The translations under genes and the position numbers were made by a program. A DNA stretch of 64,000 nt from Takakia lepidozioides (Eukaryota; Plantae; Bryophyta). Positions 50,559-63,850 of this stretch are shown here, one piece after another (positions within the stretch are counted from its first letter, which is position 1; each line of letters opens with the position of its first letter). Where the stretch lies: assembly GCA_030704615.1 (NCBI GenBank), contig CM060733.1, positions 57,412,001-57,476,000 on the forward strand. Direction: 5' to 3'. The notes beneath the pieces are model-generated. The model ran no database searches, had not been told where the DNA came from, and saw only the letters and a program-made list of their open reading frames with translations.

Positions 50559-53500
50559 GGTAGTGGACCAACTCCTCCTGTTGGTGTTCAGGTGGGCAGT
50601 ATGAGGCATACTTTTACTCTTTTTTTGCTAAGCGCACTGATCCCAGTGTAGAAGAAGTAGTTAGTCTATACTCAGATTAGGTGTTACTATTAGTTAGTAG
50701 CATCTAGGAGGTCTGAACAGTTAAGACTTTTGGTTCTAGATTTGAACAGATAGATCTAAACAGGTGTGTTTGAGATCTCAAGAGGTGAACATCTTGCACT
50801 GTGTAAACTCTGAGCTCGGGGGAGAAGCCCATCATCTTGTTCTTGATCATAAGGCTTCTATGGTTGGGAGGAGAGCTCCACTGTCTAATAAAAATTCTCT
50901 TTGTTATTTACTATACCCAGTGAAACGTATGTTGCTAGATGTACACAGTTTTTCAGATTGCAGAGTACATAATCTTTAGCAGGAATGGTTAATTTTAAGG
51001 TATTGAATGACACTGATAGTGCTGTCTCCGGGTTGGGTTCACTGCTTGATTACAGGTTGCAGCCAAGTATGTAGCCATGGTACCTTCTGACAAGGTATTT
51101 GACAGGTAAGTTGTCTCTCTGCCTGACCCACTTCTTCAGTTTTGATTTTCCAACGGAAGCAAGATAAATGTATCAGTGGGTCATTATGCAGCCAAACAGG
51201 GAAAATTTTGAAAGGACTCCAGGTTGGGCTACAAAGTTTGTCGAAGGCAAGTTTTGGGGTGTGGGCCAACATTGCAAATAAATAATGACTGTGCTTCAGA
51301 ATTGCTAGTTGCAATACAGGAAGAGTGTTGTTCCTGCCTGAGTACAACTCTGGTATGGAGACAGAGAGAGATGGAAACCTATGGTTTTGTCCAAATGGTT
51401 GGCGTCTCAAATGGCCTTGTCAGATTTTTGAGACCCCCATTTTGAACCTCGCAGCCATTACCTGCCATAATAGGCGAGAGTGGCAAGGGACTCCCATAGA
51501 AAAAAGGGGCACCCATGATTCAGATTACCAGAGTCATCAAGAATGGTAAACCGATGTGACAACGCACAAGTCAATCTGAAACGGGAGTGCCAACAGCTAT
51601 CTCATTCATAGCTTCATTCATAACTGATACCTCCTGAGGTGGTTGTATTTCACAAAATATGTGACACCCTAGTACTGAATCTTCACTGCCACCTCAGACA
51701 TTTTTCCTCATGTGAAAGCGGGTGTCACGAAGTTTTATTTGGCAACACGATCTGTGTGGCAGTGGTTGAAAAGACCATGGTAGTATTCACCGACCAGTGC
51801 CACCATGTGTCTGATTCAGTTCTTTGGAGAAGGGGGTGCCTTGCATTTTCCGAGTGGGGGCAGGTCAGGTGTGTTACTATCTATCACATTACTCTGCATA
51901 TGGTCTAGGGTGTACTGTAGACAGTACGAAGTGAGGAGCAGCTTTGTGGGATGGGTTCTCGTATGCCTGTATTGTTACGTCAGCGTTTTCTGCTGGAAAT
52001 GTGATATTGGTTCCCATTTTTTAAGGATGCAAGTGCTTGGAGGAGTAGCACTGCAGCAAATGTGTCTTGCTACAAATAACATTGATTCCCTCACAACTTC
52101 TGCAGACTCAGGGGAACGTGGGAAAGTGGAAGAAGAAAGGTGGTGAAACCCCTTTCCAGCTGCTATTTCATATACAGCTCAGAAGCATGGAACGGTTACA
52201 GCAGTGTACATCAAAGACATTAGAAGACAGAGTTCTTCCTGCTGAAGCACAGGTTAAAGCATTCTTGTCCGATCCAATCAACCCGGAAAGAATCGTATCA
52301 TAAACTCTGACCACAGCCTTTTCTTCTCAGCACCAGAAAAACTTCACAAACATCTAATGGAGATCGCACGCACCTACTCTAAGTAAAAATTAGGTCCAGG
52401 GAGTTGTTGAGTGTCATCTTCCCCTCTACTTCTCCGATCTCTGTGCCAAGGTCTTCAGTGTGTGCTGTAAATGGACCTAGGCTCAGGATGCTCTGCTGAC
52501 TATGAAGCCTTCAGAGACCATTTCCGTTCTTTGAGGACACATATGCTACCACATGGATACTCCAGCGCGTTTCCAGTCAAGCTGCCTAGGATTTGAACTG
52601 CATGACCCCAGAAGTCCATGATTTCTACATTTCAATGGACCCTTTCCAATCGTGCCCTCTCAATGTGCCCTCAACCACAGCTTGGAGCATGGTCAGCACC
52701 TCCTGCGAACTATGCATCCTAAGAGACCAAGGAATATGAGTTGGGTGCCACAGCCGGTGACAAGTCAAGTACCAGGGGTGAGTGCATTTTGTGATACAGA
52801 ATAGAGAGAGCAAGATGTTGAATCCTGAAACAGGAGGAGCTGAGGCATGCATGTGTCTGGTTGGATGAGAGAGGAAGGGATTATTTGGACTATTCTCGTC
52901 CCTAGAGAAAACCCAATAAAGTGCATTGGTGGTGAAACTGTGGGATTATATATGAAGGAGAGAGAGGCACCCACAACATGCAAAATACATATCAAACACT
53001 CTTAAAGGTGACACCGACTGTCTCTGTGAGGTTATCCTTCAAGAAACCATAGCTATCTTTACTCCTACAATTAGTTCCAGAGGACAATTGTTATGGAGAG
53101 CTGGGAGAGCTGTAAAAAAATTGAAAGTATGGATACATAATATTGTAATGAGGATTGACCTGTAATGCACATTGGTTGCTGTGATAATCTATTCAATTGC
53201 TCGTCCAATCATGCAAGATACTTGAAGGAACTGTAGTTACCAAAAAGGTGACCAGAAACGACGTCAGAATTTCTCAGCTCCCTTCCCCTAGTCGTCAATG
53301 CTCAGTTACTTGGAATTACAGTGGGGCCTGGAGCCATTTTCACAATCAACACACTTGCTTTCTAAAGATTACATTCCAGCCCCAGGGCCGATGGTTCAAT
53401 GGCTGACAGATGCGATCGCAGATGAATGCAAATGAAACAAAAATAAAACACACACACAGAGGCTTCTCACAAGAGGCACTGCCAATGCAGTGTGAGGGCA

Positions 53501-53979
53501 CAGTTGACACACTTCGGCACCCGCAGTTGAAGCTGACAGTAGCCTTGAGCTTCTCCTCAGCGGCAACACCGACCACCATAGAACGTCCACCTCCTTCACT
53601 TTCTTCTCTACAAACCTACACGTACAAATACCCATAGATGATCTCCTTTCTTGAAGGAACAGAGTCCTCCTACTCCAAACACCCACTTCACGTCACTTGT
53701 CTCCTCACTTGCTCCTGTGGCTATGGCGTAAAGACGGATGCGAGGGAAAATGGGCCGACAAACGTGTGTTTAAAACTAACATTACGCACTAAAATGTGTT
53801 AAGCTAAAATTTTAGTGCGGCAGGCATTCTGTTAGTTGGAGCAGCTGTTAGCAAAACACACCCATCCTTGGCATTCACTGTCTCCACATCATCTCCATTG
53901 CCGTTAGAATTCACCCTCTGTGTTGCACGATCTCTTGTAGCTTGTGAACCACGACTAGACCTAGGACTGAGCTCAAGAG

Positions 53980-56900
53980 ATGGCGCTGGGGATTCAGCCT
54001 TGTGGTGCGTTCTATGCGCAGTGGCAGCAGGCATTGGACACTAGCAAGTTGGGCACTCCGCGCTCGGTGGTGGGCTGTCTCCCTGCATCTGCGCGGGGTT
54101 GGGCTACTGTCTTGTGCGAGGGCGAGGGCACAAGTCAGCCTAGAAAGGGTTTTGGGACCGAAGTGAAGAAAGGGGGAAAGCAGGGTTCTTCTAAGGGGCC
54201 CGTGACAAAGAAGATCGGGAACAAAGGAGATAAACGTGCGATTTCTGTGAGGGAGGGGTCCAAGCAGCTGCAAAATGTTCTAAAGGCTGTGGAGAAAGTA
54301 CTCCCTTTTACCCTGTGATTCCTATTTCAGTTCCATTATTGTACGCCTCTCTCGTGTCTTACGTTCTAGTGCTGTGAGAGTGTTGGCGACGATCATAGAA
54401 CCTTCTTTGTTGAATGGGTTTTGCAGGAGAGCGCAGATGAGCGGTCCAAGGGCCTGGGCATAGATCCAGAGGCAGCAGCCAAGTGCAAGGTGGATTTTGT
54501 GCGGGTACAATCATGGGGTTCCGAGGGAGGCGGTGAACAAGAACTGGATAATCTCAGATTGAAGAGCTTTAGCCCAGCCTTCAGCTCTGAAGAAACTGAT
54601 GCCCCTTTTTATGAACAGCTTGTCCGTCGCCTACAGCTTCTGGATTTCAAGGTATTTTGGCTAATTTTTTTGTGGCTGTGGCTGTCTAACTTACGGTGTA
54701 TGCACGTCATGATTTCATCTTACAACGATTGATCATCCTAATGTTGAGACACTAGAAGCGAACGTGACGCAGGGGATAATGGGTGGACGGACAGGGCGAG
54801 TTATCGGTGGCTCAAGCGCGACCATTGCCACCTTTTGAACGGTGGAGCTTTAGTGAGGACCGATATTTGCAGTTCTTGCAGGATCAGGTCTCTACTATTT
54901 TTCTTGCTCTATGTTCCCTGCTGTGTATATTATCTATTTTGCATTGCATAATCTGATATACAATTTGTGTAAGTGACCAGTTCGAGTAGGTGAAGTCCCC
55001 GGAAGTTAAGAGTATGTGGTCTTTGTGTTGTAGCATGCAGTCTACGAAGCTCTGAGGGAGGTCATTGCAGCTGTCAAGAAATCAATTATCAATGATGGTG
55101 CACCTTCCACAGACCACAGCCAGGTCCCTGATAGCAGAGCAGCCACGGCCATTGCCGTGTTCGATACCCCTCTTGGCCTTGACCGCTCTGAGGTCAGCCA
55201 CATTCCTTTTGCATCCTGCTCTCTGTCTCTGTTTTGTATATGTGCGTCCCCTTTGAGTATGGCTGATGCCTATACACCTTTGTAGAAATGCAATGCAGAC
55301 TCTGATGGAAGTGTGAGTGTGTAGGTTAGGCAGGGTCTTTATTGCAAGGGAACTGACCAGGTACCTGGGATCATGCGTCCACAGGTCTCAGAACTTGTTA
55401 CGGTCAGTTGGTGGTGTAATTGGGAGCTAGCGTGTCAATGGATGAAATGCTTTATGTCCATACAAAAGACTAGGTGTCAGGAAGATGGTGATAGGAGTGA
55501 AAATCTTGACCTTCATCCCGGTCAATTCTGCTGGCAATGACTCTGACTGTGTTGTTGCACCTGCAGGAGCTTATGGCCGACATTTCTTCCTTGTCCAGGG
55601 CAGCCACTGGACGCAGTGGCACTCCTAAGGATTTGCCAGTGCCCACTATTCAAACAACTGCATATGTGAAGGTACGTCTATATCTAGGGTTCTGAAGTTC
55701 CAGGGGTGGCCTAGGTAGGTAATTGATAGATCAAACACATGGTGTGGTTGTGGCAGTGATTTTGACCTGGTCATGGACTCTTGTGGATGGATAGGTAAAG
55801 TTGATGAAGGTGGGGCATTGCAGTACCTAAGACAAATTGGGCGAGGTGCTGCACAAGAGAAGGATGGGAGTAATGCATGCCTACGACTTATGGCACACAT
55901 TTTTGCGATTCATGTTGCTCATCTCACCACAGGTTAGTAGTTTTTCTAGCATTCTTTCTTTATTCAATGCTTTATACGTAGCAAATTTTTTTCAACGTTG
56001 ATTTTTCAATTTCTTTCAGTTGCTGTTAGTTATGTGTTCTCATCTTCTTAAAAAATGTTGTGGTGGCCGAAGGGAGGTAGAGAATGTAGTAGAAAACATG
56101 ACAACATTATCTACCTCCCTTCTCCTTGGTGTGGCAAACATTCTGTTGTGTTGCAGAAAGTGTTGGAGTGGCCACAAATTGTACTCAATTATGGGATGGG
56201 GACTACAGGCTCCACCTGGGTGTGATGGCCTTGCTTCATTACAGTGATTGTTCGATAAAGCGAGGTAGATTGGGAGCTGGTTAGCCACAGCTGCATAAAA
56301 GTTAATGATTGGCCTGATTTCGCAGGTATGAGGGTCGGGGCAAAAGCAGTGGAGTGCATGTCCATATTGGCAGAGTCCAAGGCTGTGAGGTTCTATCGCG
56401 ACTACCCGCCGGTATTACTTCCACTCCCTTGTTTTTATTTTGAAAATATCAACACATTTTAAGCAGGTGCCTTTGATTTACTTGTCCCCTGCTCAATAAC
56501 AAGGAACCACTGGACTACAGTAGACAAGGTCAGGCTGAGCCTGAGCTCCAGGGTTGGTTGGGTTTGCAGCAAGCACGAGATCCACTCCGCGTGTTCATTG
56601 CAGCAGTTAATAGTGCAGGCTCTTCAATTGCCCTGGCAGATGACCATGAACAGGTAACTCTGGAACCACTACAATGAAGTAAGGGGGTAGCCGGCTCTGA
56701 TTGAAAACCAATCTGCCCTACAATTTGAAAAACATAGTTGTGGTTTGGGACCATTTTGTGAATGACTTAAGGCAGGTTCTCCTGCTAGCTGCTTCATGTT
56801 CCTCTTTGTTGGTCCCAACTGTAGCTTCTTGTATGGCGAACATATCTTTATCACAACAATCTTATGAATTCATCAGCATGATTAGGGGGATGGCATCTAC

Positions 56901-57124
56901 CACCTGCTTTGGAAATCAAGCCGAGCACACACTGCGCCCAAGCCTGTACTGCACTCCTCTTTTCCTGAGTGAACGTGTTGCATTAGTGACATCAGCTAGC
57001 CAATTGTTAGTGACAACAACATGTGGAATCACAGGTGATGCAGGAGCTTCCTAAGGCGATGCAGAAGACCAGCTTGCTTTTTTCTGTGCTTGCTGTGGAG
57101 GAACAATCTCACATGACTACATAG
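53980..57124 (+). CDS. Divergent heme oxygenase-like protein lacking the proximal His, probably plastid-targeted (422 aa, 9 exons)
   Basis: Exons 53980-54297, 54427-54651, 54795-54887, 55034-55192, 55567-55671, 55824-55932, 56326-56411, 56570-56653, 57035-57124; all GT-AG and in frame. Colinear with plant HO1 motifs: RYLQFLQDQHAVYEAL ~ GYLRFLVDSKLVYDTL; GLDRSEELMADI ~ GLERAEKLSTDL; AYVKYLRQI ~ TYSQYLKEL; AHIFAIHVAHLTTGMRVGAK ~ [20 protein letters not shown]; VRFY ~ LEFY; MQELPKAMQKT ~ LEETEKSFKYS. Confidence 0.82.
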
Positions 57125-57868
57125 AATCAGAGGCCTAATTGAAAGATGCGTGCTCCCCTGGTACCATGGATTTACTGAGTTGACCGAAAGAGTGAAGCAT
57201 CAATGCATGCTCTTTGCCTGTATGAACAAGATTCACAGCTCTAGCACTGAAGATTCACACAAAAATTCACCATTGGAGTTCACCGTGGGGTTGCCCAATG
57301 CTTAATTCACCCAACACTTCCATTTACATAGTAATCAAATGACGTGTACTTCCAAGGCAGTGACCCAAGAGCACTGAGGGTCGAGGGTCTCAGTGACACC
57401 AGGCCCTGTAACCAGCTAAGTCCTTTTAGCCACTGAAGATTCACACACTGTCAGCAGTTATCATCTATTCCTCTTCTGAAATACTTGTACAAAATTTCAG
57501 ATGCATGGAAGTGGGAAAGACACCCAACAGGGCCAACATTGAAAATGCTGCAATAAATAACTTTTGGTTATGACTGACTCTTAATATTGTTGTTTGTAAC
57601 CACGATTTGCAAGGCTTTTCCTTGCATGCACTTGACATTTTTCAGGGAAGGGATTCCAAATGTCCAGTCTTTCGGTGAGCATCTTCCAATTTTTTGGAGG
57701 TAGTATCAAGGTTGCTTAAAAGTCTCATCTAGTAGTAAAGGACACCAGAAACTGCTGTGGAAGAAGCATGACCATGGCGACATTCAAAGCAAATGTTGTA
57801 GCCAGTGGCCTCCAGGGTCACTAGTAGGTAACTAGGGAGCAGTACAACACATTGTTTATCAAGAGCAC

Positions 57869-60800
57869 TAAAGGAGTAAGTTGCATTAACTTACTTAATA
57901 TGCATCAGCACTGGCAACGTGGGAGACACGGTGTCGAGTTTATGTTATCCACTGAATTCAAATCTAGCCAGCTAGCTTGCATTGTAGTCCACTGAATTCT
58001 AAAATCCCAATGATACTAGTTCCCGCTTGATGGACATAATCTGGCTGAATAGGCTACTTGCATTCTATCTTCTCTATCCATCGTGTAAGGGGGAGTGAGC
58101 AATTTCAGAATAGCTGGAATGATAGGCTGTGTGTTTCCCAGCTTAACTAAGTTGGTGTGTACCTTTTTGGCCTTTTGCAATTTACAAGCATTGTTACTTG
58201 CAATTCGTGTGTGCAGTCTTGTGTCACAGGTCACTCTTTGTTATTAGTATGGTTTTCTTCAGCATGAGCGTCAGGAGAAAGCTTATATTCCTTTAGGTTA
58301 TGGGCCCACGAAGATGTCCTTAAATTGCGTCGTCATTTTTATTTTATTTTGTTTTAGTGCAGCCTGAAGTACGTTTGTGTCAGCATGGCGGACGTTACTG
58401 AAGATCTGGGAAATGGCGAGAACTATGGAAAGAGTTGATGGGGGCGGGTAGTGGACGGGACAGAGCCCAAACCAACAAGCGCTGGTGCTGATCAGTTAGC
58501 TTAGGTCAAGCGAGACAGTCAGGCGATCAGCCTTCTTTGTCAAGTCATAGACAAAAAGTATTTGAAGAACGTTATCAGTTGCGTGACCTCAAATGCAATT
58601 TGGGCGAAGCTGATATTAATTCAAGAGCAAGACGCCAACGAGAGCATTCATGTCTTGCAGCAGAGGTTTTACAAAGTACAGCTAGGGGAGGGAGAGGGGA
58701 TCGCTTCTTTTCTCAACAACCTAGACATGGTCGTTAGTCAGTTGGCTAGTAGGGGAAATAAGACGTTCACTAAGGCTGCCATCATCGCTAAGATCATGGC
58801 CAACCTTCCATCAGGGTACGATAGCTTTTTGTCATCGTGGGATATCACCCCGAATGCATCCAAGACTATGGAGAATTTGACCTTGCATTTGCTGCAGCAA
58901 GAAGCTCGGATCAAGAGTCGTTAGGATGCTAGTACAGACAATGTGACGGCTTTCGTGGCTACGAAATCAGAAGGAGGTTCCAAGTCTGGACAGTTCGGCG
59001 GTGGCGAGAAGCAGAAGCAAACTTTAATGTATGAGCAACGGCAGGCTAGACGTAAGAGGATAAAAGACCGGAAGAAGACAACCGCGTGTCATAAGCGCGG
59101 GCGAAAGGGGCATTGGGTGCGCGAATACACAGACGACGACCCAAAGGGCTCCAAGGCTAGTGAGAAAAAGGAGTCCAATAGCAGAGGCGCTAAGGAAGAC
59201 GACGAGAAAAGGAAATCTAGCTTTGTCTCATACAAGGCGTTCATGGCAAGTTTTTCCAACTTGTCCAACGGCCACTGGTATGCCGATAGCGGGTGCACAC
59301 AGCACATGACGGACCAAAGATCTTGGTTCACGACGTTTAGAGAGCTTTCTCAGCAACAGCCGATTCAGGGGATCGGAGGAATAAAGATGTCGGCTAAGGG
59401 AGTTGGCGATATCTTGATCAGAATAAGAATTGGTGATGGCGGTGTCACTAGCATGCTTACTGAGGTATTGTACGTGCCTGATTTGGGAAGAAATCTTTCT
59501 CGTGTTACAAAGCAGCGCAGAAAAATATTTTCACGCTCCACATGAAGGATGGGTGCTAGATGATACAAGACGGAGAGGTGGTCATGACTGGCATTTTGAG
59601 GAACTGTATGTATCAGCTTGAATTCGAAGCTGTCGCCAGAGACGATGAGACAAGTCAATAGTTGGCAATTGTGGCAAGATCATTCGGAGTCCAGACAAAC
59701 AGAGGCGGTACCCAGACGCTTGAGGTATGGCATGAGAGGCTTGCTCATGTTAATCATAGTATGATTAAGAAGATGGCGTCTACTGGGATGGTGGACGGCT
59801 TGATTCTTGAGAACAAGAATGAGGAGTTTTGTGTTGGCTGTGCATGCGGCAAAAATCATAGAACGGTGTTCCCTTGGAATGAACATCGCGATAGAGCCAA
59901 TAACCCGAGCGAATTAGTGCACACGGACCTCTGTGGGCCGATGCACACACCAAGCATTGGAGGAGCTTTGTATTTTGCTCTCTTTAAGGATGATACTACA
60001 GGGTATCGGGTCATTGAGACGATCAAGACAAAATCCGAGACCCTGGCTTGTTTCAAGCGCTTTGTCGGTCAGATGAAGCAAGAAACTGGCTTTGGCATCA
60101 AGATAGTCCGCAGCGACAGGGGGATAGAGTATACAAATTAGAAATTCCGTGAGTTTCTCGAGATTAGCAACATCAGACAGGAACTCACTGCAGTGTATAC
60201 TCCTGAACAGAACAGTGCTAGCGAGCGGGACAACCGTACGATCATGGAGGCTGCACGTAGCATGATTCATGCGAGTAACCTGCAAATGAAGTTTTGGGGA
60301 GAAGCCGTAAATATTGCAACATACGTTTGAACAGAACCGGCACGAGAACCCTGGAAGGAATTACTCCATACAAGGCATGGTTCCGTGTCAAGCCATCAGT
60401 TGGACACATCAGAGTATTCGGATCAGATGCTTACATACATGTACCCAAGGAGCTGACGCACAAACTTCTTCCGAAGAGCAAGAAGGAGATTCTCTTGGGC
60501 TACTCAGACACGAGTAAGGCATATAGGCTATGGGATGTGGCTGACGGCAAGGTCGTCGAAAGTAGAGATGTGCTTTTTGATGAGAGACACGTGCCAGACC
60601 TGATCTAATGGAGAAGAAAGATCTGTCCAAGATCTTCACAGGATCTTCTTCGATGTTGGGGAGATAGCACCAATTACTCCAGTTCAACAGGATGAGATGG
60701 ATAGTCCAGTCATTCCTAGCAACCCTAACAGTGGCTCAAACGAGGAGTGAGTAACTCATAGCAGTGTCGATGGATTGGCCGACCACTCTGCTGATGACAA

Positions 60801-62227
60801 CATCAACGATGAAGTGATGGCAGACGGCCCAGAGGAACCGTTCAAATTTGACGACATAGGAGCTGATTGGCAGATCGATGAAGACGAACAACTAGCTCCT
60901 GATTATGTTGACTTTACTGATGAAGAACTGGCAGTGCAACCGACAGTTCCAAAGGCAGTTGCACAACCTGAAGCAATGGGAGTGGTGGCACGAGATCCAA
61001 GATTGAGGCGACCGCCAGAAATGCATCCCGATAGTCGTGCCAGCATATCCGAATAGCGTAGCTAGACTAACAGTCTACAGTGATGAGAATGAGGCTTTTG
61101 ACGAGAACTTCCCATACAAGAGTGCGATTGGGAGCCTGTAGTTTCCAAGTATGGGATCGAGACCGGATATCTCATACTCAATGTCAAATGCTGCTAAGTT
61201 CACAGCGAACCCAAGGGTTCCACAGGTTTCAGCAGTTAAGCGCATCTTCAAGTACCTACGAGGAATAACGCACTACAAGATCACTTACAGAGGAGGGGCC
61301 AACAATCATCAGTTGACTGCGTGTTGCGACGCGGATTTTGCCATGGATTTAGATGACTCACATTCTAGATCCGGGTTCGTACTGATGATCAACGGCGAAG
61401 CCATTGCATGGGCTCTAGGAAGCAAGGATGCGTAGCTGGGAGCACCACAGAGAGTGAATATGTGGCAACGCACCTAGCTACACAGGAGGTAATCTGGATC
61501 AGACGCTTGCTGGGTGACTTGGGATACGAGCAGTTGATGCCAACTGTTCTATTCTCGGATAATCAGGCGGCAATTTGTCTTGTACGCAACCCGGAATACC
61601 ACCGTAGGACAAAGCATATCGACATTAAGTATCATGTCATACGTGAAGCCCAAGCTAACGGACAGATCAACGTGACTTATGTATGCACAACTGACCAGCT
61701 AGCGGATATACTCACAAAGGGGCTTCCCAAAGATCGTTTTGACCGACTGAGATCCATGCTGGGTCTCACAACTGCTTGATTATATGTCACTACTAGTGTT
61801 GTGCGAGTGGGAGTAAAGGAGTAAGTTGCATTAACTTACTTAATACGCATCAACACTGGCAATGCGGGAAACAGGGTGTCGAGTTCATAACTACTATGTT
61901 ATCCACTGAATTCAAATCTAGCCAACTAGCTTGCATTGTAGTCCACTGAATTCTAAAATCCTAATGATAGTAGTTCCCGCTTGATCTGCTTGCATTCTAT
62001 CTTCTCTATCCATCGTGTAAGGGGGAGTGAGCAGTTTCAGAATAGCTGGAAGGATAGGCGGTGTGTTTCCCAGCTTGCCTAAGCTGGTGTGTACCTTTTT
62101 GGCCTTTTGCAATTTACATGCATTGTTACTTGCAATTCGTGTGTGTAGTCTTGTGTCACATGTCAGTCTTTGGTATTAGTATGGTTTGCTTCAGCATGAG
62201 TGTCAGGAGAAAGCTTATATTCTTTTA
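57869..62227 (+). mobile_element. Ty1/Copia LTR retrotransposon with TA...TA termini; RT largely deleted
   Basis: LTRs 57869-58295 and 61814-62227; TSD AGCAC (57864-57868 / 62228-62232); PBS GGTTATGGGCCCA; PPT GAGTGGGAG. Gag, mutated zinc knuckle, protease WYADSGCTQHM, WHERLAHVN, integrase VHTDLCGPM/SDRGIEY, RNase H DADFA/SDNQAAI/RTKHIDIKYH/DQLADILTK. Many stops. Confidence 0.96.
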
Positions 62228-62466
62228 AGCACCCAACGGCAGACACCATGTTTCTGCGATTCTATCAATCAAACCTTGGAAATGACACTCCTTGACCCTC
62301 CACTGACTGAATTGCAGATTTGCACTGAGGAATTTTGAAATTTATAAGCGAAGCTGAATTTAAGCTGAATTTCTAGATCACACCTCCCTTTTGCGGCAGT
62401 CGGCAGAGCCTTTGGCCGTTTGCGACTTGTTCCTTTGTGTAAAGAAGTTGGAATTTGTGGATTCCC

Positions 62467-62945
62467 CTATATGAGTGTGACATCGGTGATGGATGACACA
62501 CAAGAGATGAAGTCTGCATCTTCCTGCAGTCTCTTTGCAACATCGTGAGGCAGTTTCAAGACTATTTTTATTGTACCATCCTTGTGTTGCGGTGTGAAAT
62601 GGATCAGATAACACAGATCCTTCTCGGTAAAAATATGATTGTTGAGAAAAGCCGTGCTACATCTGAAGTTGAATTGTTCAAGACCTGGGAATCGAATCGA
62701 CGTAGCTGTCTTCACATCAGTAGAAGGTCTGGAAGTACGAGCAAAGATTCATTTTATTTTATTTTTCTCCATCATGGTGAATAAAGACTCGATGTGTTGA
62801 GGGGTCATATCTGCAATCGTCTTGTGCAGCAGGTTTGTACCATATGATATTTTATTTCCCAAAAGCTCTTTCACGGTGCTGACTGCCACCGCGTCAAGAA
62901 TTGCATTTCCAAAATAATTGTGAGGGAGCTCTGGCCACCGTTGTT
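62467..62945 (-). pseudogene. BAHD acyltransferase C-terminal fragment
   Basis: RWPELPHNYFGNAILDAVAVSTVKELL...KNKIK*...TSIRFPGLEQFNFRCS (degenerate DFGWG position)...KDGTIKIVLKLPHDVAKRLQEDADF in one frame with an internal stop at 62749-62751. The N-terminal HxxxD half was not found. Confidence 0.7.
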
Positions 62946-63546
62946 GGAAGTAATTAAACATATCTAGAAGACTAAGAGTCTTGAAGGCCAAAGGTTTAGA
63001 AGTCTAAGAGACTATCTTGTTTAACTCACCTTTGGAAGGTGAATGGCTAGAAGGTGGATGGTCACCATAGTGGAAGTGGAAGTGACCAAGTAGGATTTCC
63101 TAGAGACCTTCTTGTACAAGCTCGGGGGTGAAGCCACTAGTCTAAGTGTAAAAGTATGATGGTGGCTTCTATAGTTGGGAGGAGGTTAGCTATTTCATGA
63201 GCATGAGCGGCATGAGCAGAGTAGTAAGACAATCGGTTTTCATGAGCAGAAGTACAAATTTCGAAAATAAAAAACAATAAAAACATTAATTTAATGCAAT
63301 GTGTCAGGAAAAACAAATATATTATTCGGCCCCTTGAAGGGAAAATTGTAGTTTTGACAATTGTGCTCATGATATTTCATCTTCCGCTCATGCCAATTCC
63401 CAGCGACATGTGCAAATATGGCGCCGAATTTCGCGGTAATAGGGTCCGTAACCTGAAAAAACGGCGACGTATTTCGCGGTAATAGGTCTCTTTGGCGAAA
63501 AATGGTGCCGAATTCCGCGGCTATAGGTCCCCTCATGACAGGTAAT

Positions 63547-63850
63547 TCGGCGCCATTTTTCCAATGCATGTTCGGACTTAGCCAGTTTTCGGCGCAAAAT
63601 AGGGAAATTCGGCGCCATTTTTCCAGACACTGTACCAGTGCATGTTGGGACTTAGCCAGTTTTTGGCCCAAAAAAGAGAAATTCGGCGCCATTTTCCAGA
63701 CACGATACCAGTGCATGTTGGGACTTAGCCAGTTTTTGGCCCAAAAAAGAGAAATTTGGCGCCATTTTCCCAGACATAGGTACCAGTGCATGTTGGGACT
63801 TAGCCAGTTTTCGGCCCCAAAAAGAGAAATTCGGCGCCATTTTTCCAGAA
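63547..63850. repeat. ~60-bp tandem minisatellite, about 5 copies
   Basis: Unit GGCGCCATTTT.CCAGACA...TACCAGTGCATGTTGGGACTTAGCCAGTTTT.GGCCC.AAAAAGAGAAATT. It is preceded by shorter ATTTCGCGGTAATAGG subrepeats at 63420-63530. Confidence 0.9.

Noticed and set aside
53340-53740. Divergent minus-strand gene or lncRNA sharing the HO-like promoter
   Set aside because: Short Cys-rich ORFs and some splice-like sites, but no coherent frame or homology.
10312-57124. Functional gene cluster of SBPase, EMC10, PME, SDR and the HO-like gene
   Set aside because: Unrelated pathways and compartments separated by TE blocks. The SDR/BAHD proximity is weak because the BAHD is a broken fragment.
63547-63850. 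CRISPR-like regular repeats
   Set aside because: Units are contiguous with no unique spacers, there are no cas genes, and the context is eukaryotic.
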